This document shows, one piece after another, positions 53,234 through 64,000 of a stretch of 64,000 bases of DNA. Source of the stretch: Eledone cirrhosa. Its lineage: Eukaryota. Position 1 is the first letter of the stretch. Each line of letters opens with the position of its first letter. The DNA is taken from positions 343,418,001 through 343,482,000 of the forward strand of contig OZ024740.1 in assembly GCA_964016885.1 (NCBI GenBank), given 5' to 3'. The position numbers were made by a program, and so were the translations under genes. A model generated the notes under the pieces. That model worked only from the letters and a program-made list of their open reading frames with translations. It ran no database searches and was not told where the DNA came from.

Positions 53234-55182
53234 ATATTGTTATACTTTGGGAGGGTCATGTTGCCAATAAGAAACACACGCACCAGTTGCTTTCACTCCA
53301 ATTTATTATAAATTAAATTTATAAATTTAAGAATTTATAAATTTCGGGTTGGTTGGTTGGTTCCATAACCGGACTGTGACCTCTTCAGTGACTGGGGATT
53401 CTTTTCTTTGTTTTTGTGCCTCTCCTTTGTTCTGTCCTACGCCATCTTGTTTTTGTGTGTGTTGCGTGCTTAGTTTGCGCATGTGTTTCATCCGGGTGTC
53501 TGTGTGTGTTTATATTTGTTTATTTATTTGTTTATTTACATGTTACTGGTTGGTTGTTTGTTCTATGTGTGTGTGTGTTTTCATTTTGACCTTAATTGTA
53601 AGTTGTGATGTTGCTATTCCATTCATGTTTTCTATTTAATTTTGGTTGGAGTTCATTTATGTTTATTGCCTCTGATTTGTCTAAACATTGCGTCTTTTCT
53701 GTGTGTAGATTCTATTTTTATTTCTATGTTCTCTAATTTGCCCTTATGTTCTATTTTAGCATGTTGGTGGAGTATTGATGATTCTTTTTTTATCTTGAAG
53801 TTCTCGCCAGTGTTCATTTAACCGTTCATCAATACATTTCTTATCTATACAGGGAGGTCTTTCAAAAGGGTATGTATTGCTAAGTGTTTTTATGGAGGTA
53901 CCTGGTCTTTATACTATCTTAATATTAAGTTTATGTTTATCTAGGGCCCTTCTAAATTTGTAAGCTAATTCACCTCTAGGGGTTGTATTGATGAACATTA
54001 CACTCTGGTATTAATTGCTATCATACCATGAGTTTATTCTATTAACCTTATTCCTAGTTCTTTCTATTCTATTCTAAAATTTGCTCCTATACAAGGGGCA
54101 GGTCCAATTTGTATCATTATTTCCCATTTTTTCCCATTTGGTTCTGGCTCCTCTATATACTTTGATTTTATCTCTCTGATTGTAACCAGAGAACTGCATA
54201 TGGTGGATGAAGTGTTGTATGCGTCTCTCTAGTTCTTTGGGGTTGCACATGCGGGACACGTTTCTCATCATCCGTACCAAATCCGCAATCAGTATGTTGA
54301 TTTTGGTGTGATCCGAAACAGCTGAGTTTCGGTGGATCAGATATTTGGAAGTCATGGGTTTGGCATAATGGGAATGGAGGATTTGTTTTTTGTTTCTAAC
54401 CAGAGTTCTGTGTCTAGTACAGGTAATCGATGGTTGGGGTGTTTGCTTGGGTAGTCTATAGTAACTCTAATACTCTGGTGGATGGAGTTAGCTATTTGCT
54501 GGATGCTTTCCATGGTGTTTTTCTCTAATTCCTGACCGTTCTCTAGTGGGGGTGTTTTTACTACGATGTTTATATCATCAACGTAGCGGGAGTACATTAT
54601 CAGGGTTAAGAGGTTGCTGTCTTCTAATTGTTCTTTAAGTTTAAGTTTAAGTCTATTGTCCCACCATACCATCAATAGGTTAGCTATGTCACCTGCAATG
54701 CTAACACCAATGGCTGCTCCCTCCTCTTGGGCATATGTTTTTCCATTAAATTTGAACATATGTTCCTTAAGAGTTAATTTTATACTGGCCCCCACCGCAT
54801 GTGCAATCATTTTCTTTAGTTCATCGTGGTTTTCGGGGGTCCGTATGCCTCTGGTCCACCCGTTCCATCTTTCTGTGTGGGTTTTCTTGGCCATTGAGGT
54901 AATAGTAGGTGGTCTGCTTCTTGCTGGTCTTGTAGGGCACAGGTTGCTAAGGTCATATGTATCTAGATAATCATTACTATAGGTAAGTTTAAGTAGGAGT
55001 CCCAGCTCACTGGTATCAATCCCACGGAATTCAACATTGCTCTCACTGATCATTTCTACGCATTTTTCCACAGCAAAATCCATGTCAATGGATGGATATA
55101 GGGACACAACATCCATACTACCTATTATACAGTTTTTTAGGTCCCTAGATCGGGTACTTTCGTTGATTCTGCTGTTAAACAC
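53234..55182 (-). mobile_element. 5'-truncated Penelope-like element: RT remnant, decayed endonuclease end and pseudo-LTR (53234-53456)
   Basis: RT motifs below; terminal segment has an inverted copy at 61024-61283. Confidence 0.8.
54074..55182 (-). pseudogene. Penelope-type reverse transcriptase fragment
   Basis: DVVSLYPSI, FKFNGKTYAQEEGAAIG, RYVDD, LPVLD, then frameshift to MTSKYLIHRNSA..RMMRNVS..QFSGY. Confidence 0.88.
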
Positions 55183-55184
55183 AA

Positions 55185-56020
55185 CTTTACATGTGCATCT
55201 GAAAACCTAATCTATGTTTGATCTGCTCAGGTTGTCAAGAGCACTACATAAGACAGACAAAAAAAACAGCCTCCGACAACGTATGACCGTCCCTAGATCA
55301 CAAATCAAAATACAGGAATACAGAAAGATTGCTTTTAGTGAACATATCGCCAATTGTATACCTACCGAGCATCAAAACTTTAAAATTTTCCTCATTTACA
55401 AATTCATAGACAACGCTTCTTTCATCCATCGTACCAATAAGGAAACGTACTTCATTAACAAATTCCAACCTCTACTTAATGGGCTAAACTTCGGACTAAA
55501 CTAAAACTGGAACGAACAATGAATCAAAACCAAATTCTTATGTTCTCTAAAGAGTTATCTCCATTACACCCTACCTAATCCTTTTTCGTATATAAATGAA
55601 TTACCCCTTCTCATTTCTCTCTCGCCTACCTGACCACCCTGAATTACCTCCCCCTGCATATTAACTCCCTAAAAAGGGAAATCATATCAAACCCCAGACT
55701 ACCATTTGCCTCCATCATGGATCAACTAAGCGCTCTTGCCATAATAACACATTTTGAACTGCTTAACCCCAAGAACTATGTCTGTAAATAATATTATTTT
55801 TTCTTTTGCATTACGTTATCATGTTCCACATCACCCCCTTTTTTTTCTTTTTTTGTTCACTTCAAAAACTTGTTTGTAAATAATATTATTATTTCTTCCC
55901 CATTTCCTTAACACGTTCAACATCACCAACATTTTACACCAATACAAATTCCCCTCTTTAATAATGCATAAAATGCTGAAACCGGTAATAGACAATTATT
56001 AAATATATAAATAAATAAAT
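55185..56020 (+). mobile_element. Penelope-like 3' fragment: GIY-YIG C-terminus, UTR and decayed hammerhead
   Basis: LRQRMTV..SQI..SEHIANC..KETYFINKFQPLLN*; GAAACCGGTA at 55978-55987 after a small hairpin. Confidence 0.72.
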
Positions 56021-56173
56021 AAATGCCATTGTTAATTAATAAATAAATTAACTAATACCTTAACACTTTACACAAAGTAAAATATTTTGTTTTAAACATT
56101 TTCTAACCCAGAAAAAAGAGAAAAAAATAAAAGGGAAAAAAAAAAATGTTCTTCCTAATAATCGTCTTTTTCT

Positions 56174-56321
<148 letters not shown>

Positions 56322-56398
56322 ATATATATATGTATATATATAAAGATATATATATATAACATATATATGTATCTTTATATATATATATATATATATGT

Positions 56399-56620
56399 GA
56401 AGGCGTGTGGCTGAGTGGTTAGAGAATTGTATTCGCAATCGTAAGGTTGTGAGTTCGATTCCTGGACCAGGCGATGCGTTATGTCCTTGAGCAAGACACT
56501 TTATTTCACGTTGCTCCTTCTACCTGGAGTTGCGACCGATAGATAGTATTAGCAATTGGAAAGACCAACGGAAACATTGTTCCCTCGGTCCGATTTGACA
56601 AAAAAGTCGATCGTTCCTAA
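56399..56620 (+). mobile_element. tRNA-derived SINE with CORE-like domain
   Basis: A box TGGCTGAGTGG 56408-56418, B box GTTCGATTCC 56453-56462, then tgtccttgagcaagacactt; A-rich end. Confidence 0.82.
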
Positions 56621-56664
56621 AAAAAAAAAAATATATATATATATGTGTGTGTGTATATGTGTGT

Positions 56665-56720
<56 letters not shown>

Positions 56721-56856
56721 ATGTATATAATTGTGTGTGTGTTTGCATGTGTGTTTTTATTTTATTTTTCCTTTCCTACTTCCTTCTCCAGCCTCACTTT
56801 CATATAGATTGCATTTTTGTTTTTAAAATCCAATGTCAATAAATACGCCAGGATTT

Positions 56857-56916
56857 TTTCATTCTGATGATTGAAAGCAACATTTTTTGCTTTTAAGAAA
56901 CCACTGGTAAATGAAA
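56857..56916 (+). ncRNA. Type I hammerhead ribozyme, fully canonical
   Basis: tttcatt-CTGATGA-ttgaaagcaa(catttt)ttgcttttaa-GAAA-cca(c)tgg-TA-aatgaaa: 7-bp stem I, 10-bp stem II, GUA triplet, predicted cut after 56909. Confidence 0.9.
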
Positions 56917-56941
56917 TAATTGCCTTATGTTGTTTATTACA

Positions 56942-57008
<67 letters not shown>

Positions 57009-57042
57009 CACAAGAATCAAAGCTATGTATCTTTATATATAT

Positions 57043-57853
57043 AATTCACAAGAATCAAAGCTATGTTCAAATCATTTATTCACTTACAATTGTTTCATCC
57101 AAACCTAGGCTTGGAGTCTTCGGAGCATTTTTCAATGTTTGTACACATAATTGTCCTCCTTTCCAACGGATTAAATAACACTGAGCCGCAATAAGCTAAA
57201 ATAATTTAATTTAATGCATCAAACATCGAATACGGAATCATCGTTACTTATGTGATGGATGTAAAAACCTATATATTACTTTTCCTGAATGTGACAATGG
57301 TGGTGGATACGAAAACCATAACTTTCTTTTTCTTCTCCTTTTTTATTTTTATTTTTCTGCACACATACTTTTTTATTATATACAAAAAATACCTTACCAC
57401 TACAACCACCATAATACTCTTACTTACCCGCTTAAAGTGCTTGTATTACATGTAACACCTGCCACACAATAATCATATATAAATGAGACACACTTGCATG
57501 CCCCACGTGTAACTAACGCATACACTAACTACTACATCTGACTAACAAACTATCCTCTTGCATTATCTGTGTTAACTGCCGAATTTATTATAATTTTGTT
57601 TTAATTTTGTTTTAATTTTAATTTTGATTTTGATTTTGAATTTGAATTGCTATACATAAATAATATAGTATAATATATGTCACTCCACTGTACATCAATA
57701 TATATATATATGTATCTGTATGTCTCTTGCGTTGGAAAGGAGGTCAATTATGTGTACAAACATTGAAAAATGCTCCGAAGACCAAGCCTAGGTTTGGATG
57801 AAACAATTATAAGTGAATAAATGCTTTGAACATAGCTTTGATTCTTGTGAATT
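57043..57853. mobile_element. Foldback with ~125-bp arms (57043-57168, 57730-57853), each with a hammerhead-like motif (core CCGAAGA)
   Basis: Left arm on minus: gct-CCGAAGA-c-tccaagcc(ta)ggtttgga-t-GAAA-caattg-TA-agt; first 23 bp duplicated at 57005. Confidence 0.8.
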
Positions 57854-58011
57854 CTATATAACTGCTCTGTAGAACAACTGATGTTATTACATTGAGCTAT
57901 TTATCTTACTGGTAATAAGGTAGTAATAAATTACTGACCTTCACTGTTTAGTGTTTAAAATATACATAACTATAACAAGTTTTAGTATATACATAACCAT
58001 AAATAGTATCC

Positions 58012-58054
<43 letters not shown>

Positions 58055-58157
58055 AATGAAGTAATTCCATCGGAAAAGTCCAGGAAAAAAGAGTGCTCTA
58101 TGTAAGCAACAGAGCTTAATTATTATTATTATGTAATAAACAACATAAGGCAATTAT

Positions 58158-58216
58158 TCCATTTACCAGTGGTTTCTTAAAAGCAAAAGGTTTTGCTTTC
58201 AATCCTCAGAATGAAA
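58158..58216 (-). ncRNA. Hammerhead ribozyme, paralogue of 56857 (core CTGAGGA)
   Basis: Minus strand: ttcatt-CTGAGGA-ttgaaagcaaaa(cc)ttttgcttttaa-GAAA-ccactgg-TA-aatgga. Confidence 0.87.
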
Positions 58217-58429
58217 AATCCTGGTTTGTTTATTGAATATGGATTCTAAAAACGAAAATGCAATCTATATGAAAGTGAGGCTGGAAAAGGGAGAAGGAAA
58301 GGAAAAATAAAATAAAATAAAACTACACATGCAAACACACACAAAAAAACCCAAAAGCATACTTACACACACACACATATATACACATATAATTTGCACG
58401 CATACACATATACACATACACATACATAT

Positions 58430-58490
<61 letters not shown>

Positions 58491-58597
58491 CATACACATA
58501 CATACACACATATATATATAAAAAGAGCGTACACCTGCACACACATACACATATATATACACACATATACACATACATATATTCATACATACACACG

Positions 58598-58629
<32 letters not shown>

Positions 58630-58660
58630 TACATATATATACACATGTACATATCCATAC

Positions 58661-58697
<37 letters not shown>

Positions 58698-58726
58698 CAC
58701 ATACATATACACACATATACACATAT

Positions 58727-58766
<40 letters not shown>

Positions 58767-59174
58767 GTGTGTACAAGCCTACACATACACACACACATAT
58801 ATATACACACACATATACATACATTCACACAAACATACAACGTACATACATACACATACATGAATGCACTCCACTACATATTAACACACGCAAATAAATA
58901 TAAGAAAAAATATAAGAAAAAAATATATAAATAATATTAACAAATATTTGACAGCGATACATGCCCCAGCTAACAGGACAGACACGCGTGGTAAGTAATA
59001 CACACATAAGCGCATATACATACGTTCGAAGTAGTAAACACATACACACACTCTCACACATAAATATACATATACAAATACATAAACACGTACATACACA
59101 TACATACGCAAACACGTACACGTATACAATATAAACACACACATGTATATGTAATTATATACACACACACACAC

Positions 59175-59233
<59 letters not shown>

Positions 59234-59538
59234 CAAAAATATAAAAATATAAACGCACACACACATATAAATACGTAAACACACATATACATACATACAC
59301 GTACATATACATATATACATATATACATATACATATATATATATACACATATATATACACAAATACATATATATATATATATATATGCACACGTACACGC
59401 ACACATACACACATGCATACACATACACACACACATATACATGTGTGTATGTGTAAAGCTCAGTATTAGATAAGACAAATGAACCTTACATAAACGTATA
59501 TATAGTAGTAAAGTAATAAAGCCATACAAGGCAATTAA

Positions 59539-59597
59539 TCCATTCACCAGAGGTTTCTTAAAAGCAAAAAAAGTTTCCTTCAATCTTCAGAATGAAA
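59539..59597 (-). ncRNA. Hammerhead paralogue, decayed (core CTGAAGA, triplet GUG)
   Basis: Same flanks as the other two; substitutions in stems II and III; ~390 nt downstream of the GIY-YIG stop. Confidence 0.7.
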
Positions 59598-59636
59598 TAT
59601 ACAAATATATACACACATACAGACACGCACACACAC

Positions 59637-59668
<32 letters not shown>

Positions 59669-59985
59669 GTACATATATATACATATATATATATACAGAC
59701 ATATATACACACATACACACACATACATATACATACATACATACACATATATATACATACACAAACATATACGTACACATATACATATATACACACAAAA
59801 ATACATACACATACACATAGGTATGTGAAGGGCAAAACAAAAAGAATATAAGGGGTGGGGGGCCTAGAGGAGGTAAAAATATAAAGGGAGGTAAGGGAGA
59901 AAAAAATATTTTTTAAATACAAGAGTACAGAAGGTAGAAGCAGCAAAATAAAAACCGTAGCAAAAGTAAAGAGCAGAGAAGGAGT

Positions 59986-60627
59986 TCAAGGCGGTTGATT
60001 TATCGTAGGAGTGTCAATCCAGTTACAGATCAGATGCGATTTCAGATGAGGACAGCATCTGAAGATCTCAGTCTTAGAGTTAAGGCAAGCGGAAGTGTCT
60101 CTCAAGTTTAGCAAAATCCTATACTTTTCTGTGGTACACAAAGAACAATTCTTTGTGCCCCTTTGGTACTCCCTCGAATGGTCTAATATAGACCAATCAA
60201 TAGAGTACGGGATATTACTATCCTTGAGATCCCATACCTTACTTGCGAGGGCCGTTGATGTTCGTTTATCTGAGTGTTTAAAAGAAGCGACATGTGAGTA
60301 AAATCTGGTTTTAAACCTGTCCTGGGTCATACCGACATATCGCTCGCTTCTGGCTGGCTGGTTGTTGATAACTGGCGTTATTTTAGCCTCATAAACGACA
60401 GATTTTGTTTTACATTTACCCTGCAATGGGCATTCATCCGGCTTCCTGCAACTGCATCCTGGATTTATCCTCGTACGGTTTGAACTGGTGATTTTGGATT
60501 TCATGGATGGACAACAAGAGTAGCTGATCTTAACTACATTCCTATTAAAAATCTTATAATATCTATGAATAGGAGGAAAATGTTTGTCTAATAGTTCAAG
60601 GAATTTCCTTCCTACATTAGTTTTGAC
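59986..60627 (-). pseudogene. Penelope-type GIY-YIG endonuclease region, 5'-truncated
   Basis: CSCRKPDECPLQGKCKTKSVVYEAKI..YVGMT..FKTRFYSH..STALA..W..CSLCTTEKYRI..LNSKTEIFRCCPH; upstream KHFPP..YKIFNRNVVKISYSC is in frame. Confidence 0.9.
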
Positions 60628-60665
<38 letters not shown>

Positions 60666-61023
60666 ATGTATGTATATATCTATATATATCTTTATATATA
60701 TATGTATATATTTATATATGTGTGTGTGTGTGTGTATGTGTACTCCACATGCATAGGTACAACGGAATCAAAAGGTGCAAAGATATTATGTGTACGTTAA
60801 ATGTGTGTTAAGGTTTTGATTGTTTACATACATAAACGTTTATGTAAATGTACATATGCTTGTATTAAAAGATTGACTTTTTCGTATATATGCTTGCATT
60901 AAAAGTTTCACTTTTTTATACATCACCATTTGTTTCATTAAACGTAAACAAATATGTCAGGTGGATTTGCACGGATATTTTAATATATTTCGTTTCTGAA
61001 TTTGTTTACCAAGATTCTTTAAT

Positions 61024-61283
61024 CAAAAACATGATGGCGTAGGACAGAACAAAGGCGAGGCACAAAAACAAAGAAAAGAATCCCCAGTCACTGAAGAGGT
61101 CACAGAATGTGTGACGAAAGAACTTTGACAATATATGAACAATCGTCTGGTTGTGGAACCAACAAACCAACCGGAAATTTATAAATTCCTAAATTTATAA
61201 ATTTAATTTATAATAAATTGAAGTGAAAGCAACTGGTGCGTGTGTTTCTTATTGGCCACATGACCCTCCCAAAGCATAACAAC
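61024..61283 (+). mobile_element. Pseudo-LTR fragment, inverted copy of 53234-53456, with complete hammerhead motif at 61087-61129
   Basis: gtca-CTGAAGA-g-gtcaca(gaatg)tgtgac-GAAA-g(aa)c-TT-tgac. Confidence 0.8.
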
Positions 61284-61284
61284 A

Positions 61285-61348
<64 letters not shown>

Positions 61349-61351
<3 letters not shown>

Positions 61352-61492
61352 TTCATCAGAGCGTCGGATAGATGCATAGAACTATTCGTTCCACGGCACT
61401 GCCCTCTGAGTTCAAATCCTGGTGAGGTGAAATTTGCCTTTCATCCTTTCGAGGTCAATAAAAAAGTGCCAGTCTAGTACTGGAGTCGATTC
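61349..61492 (+). mobile_element. Family A SINE fragment
   Basis: gagttcaaatcc then gcctttcatcctttcgaggtcaataaaa. Confidence 0.75.
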
Positions 61493-61691
61493 TTCCTCTG
61501 TATGAGTTACCTCTCTTGTGTTGTTATTTTAATTTTATCCTTTATACTCTTCCCTTCATTCTACACATCTCACACATCTTATACACACCACGCATCTCAA
61601 CGTACACCCACTTACATCTCTCTCTCCACCACCGGATCTTGTTACCCGGAGATTTACCCATTTGCATTGTCGAGGCTTCCAAACGACTTAA

Positions 61692-61800
<109 letters not shown>

Positions 61801-61886
61801 CATATATATATATATATATATATGAAGAATGACTTCACTTGTAGTTCTAAACAATTTAATTTTATATTATTTTACAATTCTGCTTC

Positions 61887-61971
<85 letters not shown>

Positions 61972-62172
61972 TACGCACACATATATACATATGTGTGTGT
62001 TGAATGTGTGTGCAGGCGTGTGCAGGCGTGTGTGATGTATAATATGTGTATATATTTTAAGTTGCCCAGTAACGTTGCTGATTACTGGAGGTGGTATCAA
62101 TATGAGCACTCTAAGCTCAAGCAGAGTGCATATATCAAGTTTAACACGACGTACTTGGAGTATTTTATTTTA

Positions 62173-62370
62173 TCCTCGACCGTTACGAACGTTTTGTAGA
62201 TGATTCGATCAAGATCCGTATGGATGCGATGGACCTGACTCCTGTATCGATCTGTTCATCAGATATAGTGATTACCATGTCTAATGAACAGATCGGTACT
62301 CGAATCAGTTGCATCGCATCCTAACAGACTTTGAGCCAATTTTCAGAGAAACGTACGTAACGGTCGAGGA
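62173..62370. repeat. Imperfect foldback
   Basis: tcctcgaccgttacgaacgttt / aaacgtacgtaacggtcgagga plus inner ggatgcgatg / catcgcatcc. Confidence 0.75.
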
Positions 62371-62432
62371 TTAATATAAACGTTTAAATTGAAAATTCCT
62401 CATGTTAAACTTAATGCACACAGAAACACGCG

Positions 62433-62523
<91 letters not shown>

Positions 62524-62525
<2 letters not shown>

Positions 62526-62604
62526 GAGTGTCCCCCCCAAAAATGTATACATACTTCAACAGTATTATAATCAAAGTGTGTATCCATTTTGGGGGGACAC
62601 CCTG
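62524..62604. mobile_element. 81-bp mariner-like MITE; decayed relative at about 6312-6384
   Basis: tagagtgtcccccccaaaaatg / cattttggggggacaccctg with TA on both sides. Confidence 0.8.
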
Positions 62605-63207
62605 TATATATACACACACATATCTATCCATCTACGCGACTGCATGTGTATACATGCTATACGAATAGGTTCTTTGAGCTATTACGAAAACATTTCGTCC
62701 GTTGCAGAAAGATTACGGTTTTACTAGCAAAAACGTTACCAAGATTTCCGACACCTCTACCCCTAATACTGCAGAAATGATTAGATATGCCAAGCAATAT
62801 AATTTGAACCCATCTCCAAACATCCCATCCCCCAAATTTGCAATTGGATTAATCACAGCAAGTGACCTTAGAATCAACTTGCTTATTTAGGAATATCTTA
62901 TTTTATACAACGGAAGAAACCAATAACTTATCTAAAGCTTACACATACCCATACAATCCTTATCCCCCAAAATTTACAACACTTCGCTCTCCAAGTATTT
63001 TCTATCTTGAAAAATCACAGCGCACAACTTAAAACAGAAAATCTTATTCTGAACCAAAGCATACACCGCCAGGACTGAACACAGCCTATTTCTTCGAGAG
63101 AAAGAGGGAGAGAGATAGGGAGAGAGAGATTACAAGAGAGAAAGAGTTAGGTAGAGACAAAGCAATTGAGAGTTACAGATAGGAAGTGAGAAAGAGATGG
63201 ATTGGAA

Positions 63208-63365
63208 GAATCAACCTCAGTACTTCACTGGTACTTTATTTTATCGACCGCAAAAAAATGAAAGTTGCTTTCGGTGGGATCTGAATTGAGAGAGCCCAGA
63301 GAGCTGGAACGATTACCAGAAAGCATGTTATCCGACGTTCTAACGACTCCACCAATTCGTTGCCT
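63208..63365 (-). mobile_element. Family A SINE, diverged
   Basis: ctggtactttattttatcgacc..atgaaag..tcggtgggatctgaa. Confidence 0.7.
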
Positions 63366-63918
63366 ATATACACTATCGATGAGCACAATATTATATAGGA
63401 TGACACAAAAGTTGAACAGTTATAATACAATTCATTGTAACTTAACACTTAGTACAATTTTCTATATAACATTTTCATTTCATTCTCTTCCTATCCACAT
63501 TCCTCTCCAAATAGATAGAGAACACATATTTCTCCTACGCTACACCTTATTTTCAAATGTCAAATTTTAAACGACATATTTTAATATTATTACATCTGTG
63601 TCAACACTATTAATTATTACAATATTAAACATTTTTATGTTTCTTTAATTTTTCTTTTGCAGCATTTCTTCATATTTATAATGTTTTCCACTAAATTAAC
63701 ATTCTAAACAATGTTTCGAAAGTACCAAAATGAGATAATAATCACACGTTTGTCAACAGAGATATCAATAAATTTATTTCAATCTTCTGTAAGCTAGCAT
63801 TGAGTTCTTATATCTCGTTTGTGGTCTCATTTTCCCCAACGCCCATAACCCTATACGCACAGACACAATACACAGACACATATACACACACATATACACA
63901 CACATATATACACACAAG

Positions 63919-63952
<34 letters not shown>

Positions 63953-64000
63953 AGTATACACAGACACACACACCAATATACACACACACATATACACACA

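Noticed and set aside
56399-56475. tRNA gene
   Set aside because: A and B boxes run into a SINE body; no convincing acceptor stem.

Overview
AT-rich, microsatellite-saturated animal genomic DNA. The SINE families and (TA)n/(CA)n/(TATC)n density suggest an octopod cephalopod (inference). No host gene can be supported. Two systems stand out. (1) Three diverged, full-length Tx1/L1-group non-LTR retrotransposons are stacked head-to-tail (8834-26063), and every junction is a (TATC)n repeat, pointing to a (TATC)n-targeting lineage. They share an ORF1 stop overlapping a splice-donor consensus, an unexplained ORF1 C-terminal domain and a conserved 3'-UTR hairpin. (2) More than a dozen minimal hammerhead-ribozyme motifs from several families lie at the ends of Penelope-like remnants and in the arms or centre of nearly every foldback (100 bp to 2 kb), mostly in (TA)n tracts. 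Also present: a decayed IR/DR Tc1 transposon, a ~430-bp tandem repeat with an internal inversion, Penelope RT and GIY-YIG fragments, R4-, RTE- and CRE-like LINE 3' ends, tRNA-derived SINEs and three MITE types. All calls are by eye; no database search or folding program was run.
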